Positions 30,684 through 39,462 of a DNA stretch of 64,000 nt are shown here, piece after piece. The notes under the pieces are model-generated. The model was not told where the DNA came from. It made no database searches and saw nothing but the letters and a program-made list of their open reading frames with translations. The stretch's first letter is position 1; each line of letters begins with the position of its first letter. A program made the position numbers and the translations under genes. Origin of the DNA: an uncultured Acidaminobacter sp. (GTDB lineage Bacteria > Bacillota > Clostridia > Peptostreptococcales > Acidaminobacteraceae); contig OY787533.1 in NCBI GenBank assembly GCA_963678925.1, positions 994,174 through 1,058,173 of the forward strand. The letters are read 5' to 3'.

Positions 30684-32498
30684 TTATTCGCCTATTGTTG
30701 GCGGTAGAATTTCAAAATTCTCAACATCAACAATTCCCTTATCGGTAATCTTCCATTTTGGACTTGTCGAGAGTGCCAGGAACGACAAATGCATAAACGG
30801 CGCATGGATTTTACAACCTAAATCTTCTTTTGCTTTTCTTTCAAGATCGCTGATTTTCCGGCTTACTTCTGACCCTTTCAGCTGATCTGTAATGAGCCCG
30901 CCCACCGGAAGCGGCAGTTCATCGACAACACGACCACCCTTTGCGAGCGCTATGCCGCCACCCATGGATATGACCCTATTTACAGCCACAGCCATGTCCT
31001 CATAGCTGGCACCAGTAACCAGGATGTTGTGGGTATCATGGGCAATCGACTCTGCAATGGCACCCTGCTTGATGCCGAAGCCTTTGACAAAGCCCTTGCC
31101 GATATTTCCGTTTCTGCCATAGCGTTCAAGACAGTGCATAGGGAGGACGTCCTGATCCACATCTGGCTCGACCACACCAGCACTTACCTTCAGCACTGCC
31201 TCAAGTGCATCCGATAGATTCTGGTCTGGTATGACACCAATCACATTGCAGCGTGCAGTCTTCCCTGTTGCCTCAACAGAAAGTTCAGCTGCAGTTGTTG
31301 GCGTTCTTTTAACTGAGTTCTTAACTGTGTCAGGATATGTATAGACGGGAATGTCTATGAGCATTTCCCCACCGGCCGCCATGAGTTCTCCTTCAATGAA
31401 GACCGCATCGACAACCATGTTGTCCAAATCGCTTATAATTGCAATATCCGCTAAATTTCCAGGAAGCAAAGCGCCCCTGTCCTTAAAGCCGAAATATGTT
31501 GCCGGATTTATTGTACACATTTGAATCGCTTCTACAGGCGACACGCCCTCAGCGATCGTCCGTTTGACAATTTCATTCATGTGGCCCAGCTTTTCAAGAT
31601 CCTCTGCAACCATATCATCTGTTGCGAGCACAGCGCGTCTTGAGTCCATGCCCTCTTCGGTAATGGCGCGTACGCACTCTGCCATATTACGCTGTGTTGA
31701 TCCTTCGCGCATGAAGACATACACACCATTTCTCAGTTTCTCAACCGACTCGGCCTTGGTTGTTGTCTCGTGACAGGAACAGGTTCCGCCAGTTGCGATG
31801 ATATGCGCAGCCAGATTCTTTCCAAAAAGCTCAGGCGCATTGCCGTCAACAACCTTGCCAAGACTTCTGGCATATGCCGTTGAGGCCAACAGGTCATCAA
31901 TGATTTCCGGTGTGTGATTATAGACATGCTGTGCATTGGAGAAACCCTGAAGTTCCCCAATACCAATGATATTCTTGTAATTGAGCAGGTCTTCCATGTC
32001 CTTTGAAGTGACATCTACACCTGCTGTTTCAAGGCGCGGACAATCTGGTGTTAGCGCCGGAACAACGAGGTGTACATGGTTGGGTACAACCCCTGCCTCG
32101 TCTGCCATGGCTTTCATGCCCACAGGTCCCAGGGCGTTCCCGATTTCATGCGGATCAGCGACAAGAGTCGTTGTTCCTGAAGGTATGGAGAGTCTTGCAA
32201 ACTCTGATATTGTAAGCATTGAGCTCTCAAAATGCATGTGTGAGTCGATAAAGCCTGGCGCAAGATACTTCCCGCTTACATCTATGACCAATGTTTTAGG
32301 GCCGACAAGAGACGCGTCATCGCTGAGCGCAAGGACATATTTGCCCTTGATTGCCAAGTCAACCTTAACGAGTTCACGTGTCACGGTATTTACCACATGA
32401 CCGCCTTGAAGGACCAAATCGGCATAATCGTGCTCACCCATAAGCGCATCGATCATGCGTCTATAGTCGATGGCTTGTTTTATGACACTTGGATTCAA
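30684..32498 (-). CDS. Adenine deaminase-family amidohydrolase, paralog 2
   Basis: 604 aa. GFIDSHMHFESSM and the same two-domain architecture as paralog 1, but clearly divergent in sequence. Confidence 0.85.
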   Translation of the reverse strand: MNPSVIKQAIDYRRMIDALMGEHDYADLVLQGGHVVNTVTRELVKVDLAIKGKYVLALSDDASLVGPKTLVIDVSGKYLAPGFIDSHMHFESSMLTISEFARLSIPSGTTTLVADPHEIGNALGPVGMKAMADEAGVVPNHVHLVVPALTPDCPRLETAGVDVTSKDMEDLLNYKNIIGIGELQGFSNAQHVYNHTPEIIDDLLASTAYARSLGKVVDGNAPELFGKNLAAHIIATGGTCSCHETTTKAESVEKLRNGVYVFMREGSTQRNMAECVRAITEEGMDSRRAVLATDDMVAEDLEKLGHMNEIVKRTIAEGVSPVEAIQMCTINPATYFGFKDRGALLPGNLADIAIISDLDNMVVDAVFIEGELMAAGGEMLIDIPVYTYPDTVKNSVKRTPTTAAELSVEATGKTARCNVIGVIPDQNLSDALEAVLKVSAGVVEPDVDQDVLPMHCLERYGRNGNIGKGFVKGFGIKQGAIAESIAHDTHNILVTGASYEDMAVAVNRVISMGGGIALAKGGRVVDELPLPVGGLITDQLKGSEVSRKISDLERKAKEDLGCKIHAPFMHLSFLALSTSPKWKITDKGIVDVENFEILPPTIGE

Positions 32499-32500
32499 AG

Positions 32501-32797
32501 CTATTCACCCCTTTTTCCCCACTCCAGATTCGAAGCGATATCAATCTGGTCAATAATACCGACAACGGCGCCGTCAATAGGTGCATCTGGTGCGTCACAC
32601 GCTTTTCTGGCGGCTGTGCCCGTACAAAACAGAACCAGTTCGCCATTACCCGCACCAACGGTATCGACCCCGACAATCGGTTGACCGATTGGATTATTAT
32701 TCATATCAACAGGCTGGATCAGCATAAGTTTCTTCCCTACCAGTCTGTCGTCTTTTCGCGTTGCCACTACGGTTCCAATTATTACTCCTGTTTTCAT
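32501..32797 (-). CDS. BMC vertex protein (BMC-P; EutN/CcmL/PduN family)
   Basis: 98 aa. MKTGVIIGTVVATRKDDRLVGKKLMLIQPV...VDTVGAGNGELVL is the canonical EutN pattern. Confidence 0.9.
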   Translation of the reverse strand: MKTGVIIGTVVATRKDDRLVGKKLMLIQPVDMNNNPIGQPIVGVDTVGAGNGELVLFCTGTAARKACDAPDAPIDGAVVGIIDQIDIASNLEWGKRGE

Positions 32798-32821
32798 TAA
32801 ATCTCTCCCTTGTCGTCAGTG

Positions 32822-33649
32822 CTACTGACGCTGGTAGACGATTCGAATTCCTCTGGAAATCGCCGCGTCCCTACCGAGCGGCGTTAGAATCTGTCCCTTT
32901 GTGATAGTAATTTCTTCAGCACCGGTAAGTGCCTTAATGTCACTTTCAGTCAGAAGCCTCTTAGAAGAAATCTCCGAAACGGTCAATTCACGCTTGCCCA
33001 CTGATACACCAGGCTTTTCACGCCTAGGTTGATCAGCGCTCTGCATGCGCCCTCGCGCTTTGCCGCCATTGAGCTCACGCAGGTAGTCATAGTGATCCAA
33101 AATGCGTGCACCAAATCCCTTCAGGGCCGAAACATGCCCCTGCATGATTCTCTTCATGGCCCTGTTGCTGTCTATGCTGAACCATCCATCAAAGACAGAG
33201 TTGGTGTTAAGAAGCACATCCTTTTTGGTGACAAGCGCCTGCCATATAAGCAGGGATGCCAGTTCGTCCTGTATGCCCACCGCAGTTTTCGCCAGGGTGT
33301 TTTGCGTCATATTGGGAACAAGCAGCAGATCCATCTGATCTATCAGGTCCTGTATATGGACGCCCTCAGACTCAAGCAGGACCTTCTTGGACTGCACACT
33401 TTCCTGAATAGCCTCCACAGAAAGAAGGCTCTCTGCGCTTCTGGTCAAAATAACCACCGTCTTCCAACCATCGTCACGCATTGCGCGAAGTGCACCATAT
33501 GCCTCGGTCAGACAAATATCACTTCCACACAGCAGAACAGCACAAGTTTTTTCTGGAGGCATTTCGGATGATTTTCCAACAGTCGTTCCACCTGAAACCT
33601 TCATATTGAGTTTTCCAAAGGCACGAATAATACGTTCTCTATCAGTCAC
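32822..33649 (-). CDS. Uncharacterised BMC-locus protein with a divergent flavoprotein (UbiX/HFCD)-like core and a C-terminal extension
   Basis: 275 aa. CAVLLCGSDICLTEAYG ... VVILTRSA ... LLLVPNMTQNTLAKTAVGIQDELAS parallels the flavoprotein-family pattern (GS..A, vvmT.sA, lv.PaTaNtlaK.a.GiaDnL). A linker rich in R/K/G/P follows, then a ~50-aa tail LTESDIKALTGAEEITITKGQILTPLGRDAAISRGIRIV. Confidence 0.45.
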   Translation of the reverse strand: MTDRERIIRAFGKLNMKVSGGTTVGKSSEMPPEKTCAVLLCGSDICLTEAYGALRAMRDDGWKTVVILTRSAESLLSVEAIQESVQSKKVLLESEGVHIQDLIDQMDLLLVPNMTQNTLAKTAVGIQDELASLLIWQALVTKKDVLLNTNSVFDGWFSIDSNRAMKRIMQGHVSALKGFGARILDHYDYLRELNGGKARGRMQSADQPRREKPGVSVGKRELTVSEISSKRLLTESDIKALTGAEEITITKGQILTPLGRDAAISRGIRIVYQRQ

Positions 33650-33675
33650 CTGACATGCCTCCCTATTTTAGTCAA

Positions 33676-33951
33676 TTAGAGTTCAGATAAAACAACACGC
33701 TCCACTTCTGAATGCGGTCTTGGGATAACATGCACTGAATGCAGCTCGCCAACACGTGATGCAGCATCTGCACCTGCATCTGTAGCAGCCTTAACAGCAC
33801 CAACATCGCCACGTACCATAACCGTTACAAGGCCGAAACCTATTTTTTCATAGCCAACCAGTGTGACATTTGCAGCCTTTACCATTGCATCTGCTGCTTC
33901 AATTGCGCCTACCAGACCTTTAGTTTCCACCAAACCCAAAGCTTGACTCAT
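33676..33951 (-). CDS. BMC shell hexamer protein (BMC-H; PduA/EutM type)
   Basis: ORF 33676..33990. Start at [29 protein letters not shown], preceded by AGGAGG. Canonical BMC domain. Confidence 0.93.
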   Translation of the reverse strand: MSQALGLVETKGLVGAIEAADAMVKAANVTLVGYEKIGFGLVTVMVRGDVGAVKAATDAGADAASRVGELHSVHVIPRPHSEVERVVLSEL

Positions 33952-33990
33952 AATAATCCTCCTTAAATTCTGTGCACGATGCACCTTCAA

Positions 33991-34335
33991 TTATTCTTCT
34001 GACTGATCCGTCTTGTTTTCATTTTTATCAGCTTGCTTCTTTTGTCCTCCGAAGGCTCCGACAAGTTTGCCGACGTCTTCATGCGGCCTTGGCAGCACAT
34101 GTGACGACATGACTTTCCCAACAGCACTTGCAGCTTCAACACCGCTTTCGACAGCTGCCTGAACAGCTGCGACCTGTCCCGTCAAATTGACAGTCACGCT
34201 CACAACACTTCCAACACCAATGACTTTTTCAACTGCAATGCACTTCACATCAGCTGTTTTGACGGCTGCGTCAAGTGCTGCTGCGGCTGCTGCAAGTCCA
34301 ATGGTTTCAATTAAGCCCAACGCTTCACCTTGCAC
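33991..34335 (-). CDS. BMC shell hexamer protein (BMC-H) with a charged C-terminal tail
   Basis: MQGEALGLIETIGLAAAAAALDAAVKTADVKCIAVEKV... BMC domain plus the ~25-aa tail GGQKKQADKNENKTDQSEE. Confidence 0.9.
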   Translation of the reverse strand: MQGEALGLIETIGLAAAAAALDAAVKTADVKCIAVEKVIGVGSVVSVTVNLTGQVAAVQAAVESGVEAASAVGKVMSSHVLPRPHEDVGKLVGAFGGQKKQADKNENKTDQSEE

Positions 34336-34351
34336 TTAATACACCCCCGCT

Positions 34352-34681
34352 CTACTTTCTTTTACTTTGAACAAATGCCTCCAGATTCATTTTGTTTCCC
34401 GAGTCCGTACGTGGTACACGACTTCTGGAAACAGATTTTTCAGGACCTTTATTGTATGTTCCCGCAAAATGTTCGAGGGCATCCTTTTTCCTGCTGGTAC
34501 TCACGGGCTTTCTCTGCTTGACAGGGTCAATCAGCTGTTTTAAAACACCCTCTTCATCCTGTGAGAGATGGCTGTGTCCTTGCCCTTCATAGCTGTCTAT
34601 GGTCGTCATTGTCTCTGCAGTCGGCCCGAGTTTCTTGTCGACAATGCGCTGCATGATTCTAAGCGTCAATGCATTTGCCAT
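34352..34681 (-). CDS. Small basic hypothetical protein inside the shell operon
   Basis: 109 aa with no recognisable domain. The N-terminal ANALTLRIMQRIVDKKL could form an amphipathic helix. The remainder is K/R/S-rich and probably disordered. Confidence 0.4.
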   Translation of the reverse strand: MANALTLRIMQRIVDKKLGPTAETMTTIDSYEGQGHSHLSQDEEGVLKQLIDPVKQRKPVSTSRKKDALEHFAGTYNKGPEKSVSRSRVPRTDSGNKMNLEAFVQSKRK

Positions 34682-34698
34682 ATGTCTTCCTCCTAACT

Positions 34699-34968
34699 CT
34701 AAGCCTCAAATAGGATGTCCATATCCCCTTCAGGTCGTGGAATGACATTGATGCCAATAACATCTGCCATGTGCGCTGCACCATCCTGCGCAGCAGCAAT
34801 TGCCGAGTTGACAGCTGCTACTTCGCCTTCAATAACGACACTGATGACACCCGACCCAACCACATTGAAGTCTTTTATTGTCACATCGGCTGACTTCACC
34901 ATAATATCTGCTGCATAGCACGCAGCGACATAGCTTCTGATTTCAAAAAAACCAAGTGCCTTCTTCAT
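34699..34968 (-). CDS. BMC shell hexamer protein (BMC-H), divergent
   Basis: 89 aa. KKALGFFEIRSYVAACYAADIMVKSADVTIKDF...VIPRPEGD. Confidence 0.85.
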   Translation of the reverse strand: MKKALGFFEIRSYVAACYAADIMVKSADVTIKDFNVVGSGVISVVIEGEVAAVNSAIAAAQDGAAHMADVIGINVIPRPEGDMDILFEA

Positions 34969-36335
34969 CGCTTACGTCCCTCCAATTCTACACCCGGAAA
35001 GAACCGCTTAAGGTCAATCGCTTCGTATCCAGGTATTTTAGCCTTTTCAAACCCTTTTCCAAGTTCCCCAAGGGGCTTTGTTGCGTCAACACCCATTTTG
35101 TCTGTTGTGTTTTCAAGCAGATGGGAAGGGTCAAGTCCGGTTCCCTGGGCGCCTGAAATAATGATGATATCCTTGGAAGCCTGAACCCTTGATGCGATTG
35201 CACCTTCAACATCGCCTGGATCAAATATATCAATGTCATCATCAACTATGACAACGTGTTTCATGTCTTTGGTACTGCTCAGGGCAGTAATGATTGCCGT
35301 TCTTGCATCGCCCGGAAGCTTCTTTTTGATGGAGACGAGTCCATGAAATCTGCATCCGGCTCCAATTGTCACATTAACATCCTTCACTTCTACAAAACGG
35401 TTCACATGGGCATACAGCTCAACGTCCCTAATGAGTCCATTTGACAGATGCTCTTCCTTGCACGGCGCGGAAATCTGCATAATCGGATCATTGCGGTGGG
35501 TAACCGCCTTCACCCGCATAACCGGATGAGACTTGACCGATCCGTAGTATCCCATAAGTTCTCCAAAGGGACCCTCAATCTCAGATTCGCGTGCTGCTAT
35601 AACACCTTCGAGCACGATCTCAGCATCTGCCGGAACCTCCAGATCAACCGTTTTGCATTTTACGATACGAAGCGGTTCACCTCTCAGCGCACTGTCAATG
35701 GCATGCTTGTCCACACCGTAAATATCTGTGCCGACCTGTGAAGCCAAACAGTAGTTATAGTCATAACCCAGAACAACAGCGATTTCCATGTCCTTTCCTT
35801 CAGACTTGTAGCGCTGAAGCATCCCTGACAGGGGCTCTGAGGTCACAAGTACGCTCAGACTGTTTCTGCCATTGAACTGAAGCCTGCGAATTGATGTAAA
35901 TGTATCGCCCGTTTCAGGGTCTTTAACCACGACAACCCCAGCTGTAATAAAGCTGGAGGAATCATGCTCATGAAATGTCGGAAGCGGCAGAAGCTTTCCA
36001 ATGTCGATTCCGTTTCTGATTACATTCTCATGCACCGGGCCGCTTTGAACCAGCGCTGGTTTCATGGGTCTTGTGATGGCACTCATGTATTTGATCAGCC
36101 TGTTTTCACGTGTTGTACCCGTAAAGTCATAGAACATTTCACGGTCACCAAACATGGCTCCTATCACTGGCATCTTATGCCCTTTGACGTTCTTGAAAAG
36201 CACAGGTGTCGTATTGCCCAGCTTCTCAAGAATTCCACCCATTTCATATTTCAAGTCTACCTGCTCTCCACATTCGAGCAGGTGATATTTTTCCTTTAAC
36301 TTTGGAAGACAAGCCCGCAGCATTTGCTCAGCCAA
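34965..36335 (-). CDS. UbiD-family (prFMN-dependent) reversible decarboxylase
   Basis: 456 aa. UbiD pattern FITAGVVVVKDPETGDTFTSIRRLQ ... AEIVLEGVI...EGPFGELMGYYG. Its stop overlaps the start of the BMC-H gene by 4 nt. Confidence 0.88.
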   Translation of the reverse strand: MAEQMLRACLPKLKEKYHLLECGEQVDLKYEMGGILEKLGNTTPVLFKNVKGHKMPVIGAMFGDREMFYDFTGTTRENRLIKYMSAITRPMKPALVQSGPVHENVIRNGIDIGKLLPLPTFHEHDSSSFITAGVVVVKDPETGDTFTSIRRLQFNGRNSLSVLVTSEPLSGMLQRYKSEGKDMEIAVVLGYDYNYCLASQVGTDIYGVDKHAIDSALRGEPLRIVKCKTVDLEVPADAEIVLEGVIAARESEIEGPFGELMGYYGSVKSHPVMRVKAVTHRNDPIMQISAPCKEEHLSNGLIRDVELYAHVNRFVEVKDVNVTIGAGCRFHGLVSIKKKLPGDARTAIITALSSTKDMKHVVIVDDDIDIFDPGDVEGAIASRVQASKDIIIISGAQGTGLDPSHLLENTTDKMGVDATKPLGELGKGFEKAKIPGYEAIDLKRFFPGVELEGRKR

Positions 36336-36355
36336 GCTATCACCTCCTTATTCAT

Positions 36356-36910
36356 CTAAGTCCACCTTCTAAAAAGCCCGCCATCCAGTCCCAGCTGGTC
36401 GAGTATACGCCCCACCATGATTAGAACCAGATCGTCAATTGACTCAGGCTTGTGATAAAACCCCGGTGACGCAGGCATCATGACGGCACCTGCACGAGAA
36501 AGCTTAAGCATGTTTTCCAGATGGATATCGGTAAGCGGCGTTTCCCGAGGAACAACCACGAGCGGTCTTTTCTCCTTCAAAGTGACATCGGCTGCACGCT
36601 GTACCAGATTTGTGCTCAGACCGTTTGCGACGGCGCCAAGTGTATTCATGGAACAGGGTATAATGACCATACCATCGGTTTTGAAGGACCCGCTGGCAAT
36701 GGCAGCTGCAAGATTGTCATTCTCGTATACCACCGATGCCAAGGACGCCACCTCGCTGATTGTAAAATCGCATTCGTGCTCAAGGACGTATGCGCCCATT
36801 CTGGAAACAGCCACATGGGTTTCTATATCCAGCTCCCTTAAGGCCGTTAGGAGCGCAACTGCATAAATGCTGCAGCTGCCCCCCGTAATTCCGACCACGA
36901 TTCTTTTCAT
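36356..36910 (-). CDS. ubiX: Flavin prenyltransferase UbiX (prFMN synthase)
   Basis: 184 aa. MKRIVVGITGGSCSIYAVALLTAL ... IIPCSMNTLGAVANG. Confidence 0.9.
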   Translation of the reverse strand: MKRIVVGITGGSCSIYAVALLTALRELDIETHVAVSRMGAYVLEHECDFTISEVASLASVVYENDNLAAAIASGSFKTDGMVIIPCSMNTLGAVANGLSTNLVQRAADVTLKEKRPLVVVPRETPLTDIHLENMLKLSRAGAVMMPASPGFYHKPESIDDLVLIMVGRILDQLGLDGGLFRRWT

Positions 36911-36912
36911 GA

Positions 36913-37524
36913 CTATTCCACTTTATTGGCTTGATCCCCGCCGCCTAACCACGGATCTTCGCCTTTTTCCCATGCCTGGATATACTCATCCAGATCCATA
37001 ACTTTTGTGAAGATTGAAAGGTCTTTCAGACCATATTCATGCATTTCATCTGTTTTTGACGCACAGCAGTCAGCCAGCGTAATAACCTTATAAGCGTTAT
37101 ATAGGGCATCTGCCGCAGTCGATCGAACGCATACGTTTGTCCAGACACCTGTCACAACCACTGTATCGAGATTTTCTTCTCTCAGATAAAGGTCCAGGTC
37201 TGTATGTGCGAACGCCGAGTGACGACGCTTTGGAATTCTGTACTCTTCCCCTTCAGGGTATAGTTCCTGGATGAAGTCAGAACCCCAAGTTCCAGCAACT
37301 GCATGCACAGGACGCACTCTAAAATCAGCATCATTCTTTCTGTGTGCCTCTTGAATATGGATGAGCTGAATGTCATCCTTGCCTTCTGCGTTTCTTGCGC
37401 GAACCCATTCAAAGAGCTTTTGCAGATTCGGGATGATGTCATCGCCGCCTGGACAGCGAAGCGGTGCCTTCTCACCGATAAAATCATTCAGCATGTCGAT
37501 AATTACAATACCATGTCGTGGCAT
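36913..37524 (-). CDS. Isochorismatase-family cysteine hydrolase (nicotinamidase / N-carbamoylsarcosine amidase-like)
   Basis: ORF 36913..37593. Start placed at MPRHGIVIIDMLNDF. D (IIDMLND), K (PKRRHSAF) and C (VWTNVCV) triad positions are present. Confidence 0.8.
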   Translation of the reverse strand: MPRHGIVIIDMLNDFIGEKAPLRCPGGDDIIPNLQKLFEWVRARNAEGKDDIQLIHIQEAHRKNDADFRVRPVHAVAGTWGSDFIQELYPEGEEYRIPKRRHSAFAHTDLDLYLREENLDTVVVTGVWTNVCVRSTAADALYNAYKVITLADCCASKTDEMHEYGLKDLSIFTKVMDLDEYIQAWEKGEDPWLGGGDQANKVE

Positions 37525-37662
37525 TTGATTCACTCCTTCTAACCGTGTATGCATCACATTCGTTTTCATAACGATGTGCGTGAATTTTCTCAATTGACTT
37601 CTTGTTGACGCTATTCTGATAATTTAATAGATGACAGGTTGCTGCAGACTCATCTGAGCCAC

Positions 37663-39228
37663 TTAGTCATTGACGCTTTTGTAAGTGATTTTCTTATCAA
37701 GTTTTTGGATACTCTGACGTTTAACCCACTTACCAAAGCCTGGATTCACCATGATCCCCTTGATTCCGTTGACTTCACCCTTCACCTTTTCAGGATGTTC
37801 TTTACGGTAGCTCACTTTATACTCTTCCGACCAGTTTTCTTCAGTTGTGTTGAAGACTGAGTCCCAGTCATTGAACTGTGGCAGTACGCCTTCTTCGCCG
37901 TCGCAGTAAACCAGGTTTCCGCGGACAATCGTCTTGACCGGTTTGCCTTTTAGCTTCATGCCGTGCAGCGGATTGTACTTGGCCATGGTAACTTGTTCCT
38001 TCTGGTCAATTGTCCACTCGCGCTCAAGATCAATAACGGTCAAATCAGCGTCTGAACCAATATACATGGCACCTTTTTTAGGATAGAGTCCCATGTGCTT
38101 GGCAGCGTTAGTTGACGTAACCTCAACAAGCTTGCTCAGTGAGATGCGTCCTTTATTGTATCCTTCTGAAACAACAATCGGTACCATGGTCTCAACACCA
38201 GGTATACCAGGGAACGCAGTCCAGATATCTCGACCTGCCTTTTCAGATTCTATTTCGTATGGTGCATGGTCAGTCGCTACAAAATCAATGTATCCATTTC
38301 GAAGTGCTTCCCAGTGCATTTCATTGTCTTTTTTTGTTCTGAGTGGCGGTGCGATTTTTGCGTAGGCACCATGCTCTGTCATTGCTTCCTGATAATTCAG
38401 GGTCAAATAATGCGGACACGTTTCAGCCGTCACATCAAGACCGCGCAGTTTAGCTTCCCCTACCAATTTGGCGCCAATGCCTGTCGACATATGTACGATA
38501 TGAAGTCTGGCACCTGTGTGCTCTGCAAAGCTGATTCCCAGCTCAATCGCCACTTTTTCTGCCAGTTCCATTCTTGCTTCAGCCCAGGCTGGTCCATCCA
38601 TGCGACCCTCTTCACGGAACTTATTCACATAGAAATCGCACATTGCAAAGTTTTCAGCATGTATTCCAACAGGCAGGCCTGTCTTGGAAACCGCTGCAAA
38701 GCATTCCAGCATTTCCGGATCTGTAACACGCGGATATGTAGGTACTGATGGTGTCATGTAAACCTTGAAAGCAAGAACACCTTCATCGGCCTGTTTCTGA
38801 ACATTGTCGAGCCAACCCCGTCTGACATCCTCACCTGTCACACCGCCCCACAGACCAAAATCACATAAAGCCTGCGGCTGCCAGTGCTTAATTTTTTCAT
38901 GAAGCTGTTCTACACTTCTTACTGAAGGTACCGAACAGCAAGGCATATCAACAACTGTGGTCACGCCGCCAGTAACTGCTGCAGCAGAACCTGTCAATGT
39001 CGTCTCACGGTGGTCGAAGCCCTGGAACATAAAGTGAGTATGCGAGTCAATACATCCCGGTATCGTCAGATTGCCTTCAGCATCAATCACTTCTTCAAAC
39101 TCTATACCTTCAAGTGTGTCAACGAAACCTGCAATTTTCTCGTCTTTCACTAGAATATTGGTCAGGACCGTGTCATCTCCCTGAGGGATTCTCGCGTTTT
39201 TCACGATAACATCGTACTTCATTCCCAT
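37663..39228 (-). CDS. Cyclic amidohydrolase (dihydropyrimidinase/allantoinase/hydantoinase-like)
   Basis: 521 aa. Has DSHTH, AFKVYM (carboxylated-Lys position), GIHAEN, LHIVHMS and ATDHAP. Carries an insertion near the C-terminus relative to what I expect for ~450-460-aa family members. Confidence 0.85.
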   Translation of the reverse strand: MGMKYDVIVKNARIPQGDDTVLTNILVKDEKIAGFVDTLEGIEFEEVIDAEGNLTIPGCIDSHTHFMFQGFDHRETTLTGSAAAVTGGVTTVVDMPCCSVPSVRSVEQLHEKIKHWQPQALCDFGLWGGVTGEDVRRGWLDNVQKQADEGVLAFKVYMTPSVPTYPRVTDPEMLECFAAVSKTGLPVGIHAENFAMCDFYVNKFREEGRMDGPAWAEARMELAEKVAIELGISFAEHTGARLHIVHMSTGIGAKLVGEAKLRGLDVTAETCPHYLTLNYQEAMTEHGAYAKIAPPLRTKKDNEMHWEALRNGYIDFVATDHAPYEIESEKAGRDIWTAFPGIPGVETMVPIVVSEGYNKGRISLSKLVEVTSTNAAKHMGLYPKKGAMYIGSDADLTVIDLEREWTIDQKEQVTMAKYNPLHGMKLKGKPVKTIVRGNLVYCDGEEGVLPQFNDWDSVFNTTEENWSEEYKVSYRKEHPEKVKGEVNGIKGIMVNPGFGKWVKRQSIQKLDKKITYKSVND

Positions 39229-39462
39229 TCGCCTCCTTAATTTACACCTGGCAATCGTAAATTATGCCAGCACCTCAGATTTACGATTTGTGTGTCTGTG
39301 AGAAAGCCACATCATATCACTTATACCCAGCTAACTTGAAAACCCCACGAAACACAGTAATCACAGAATATTCTGTAAATAAATCATCAATCTGAGGCGC
39401 GGCATAATTCAATACCGCGCCATATTAATTTTTCCCTCTATAGAACTTATGCAGATTTGCCC

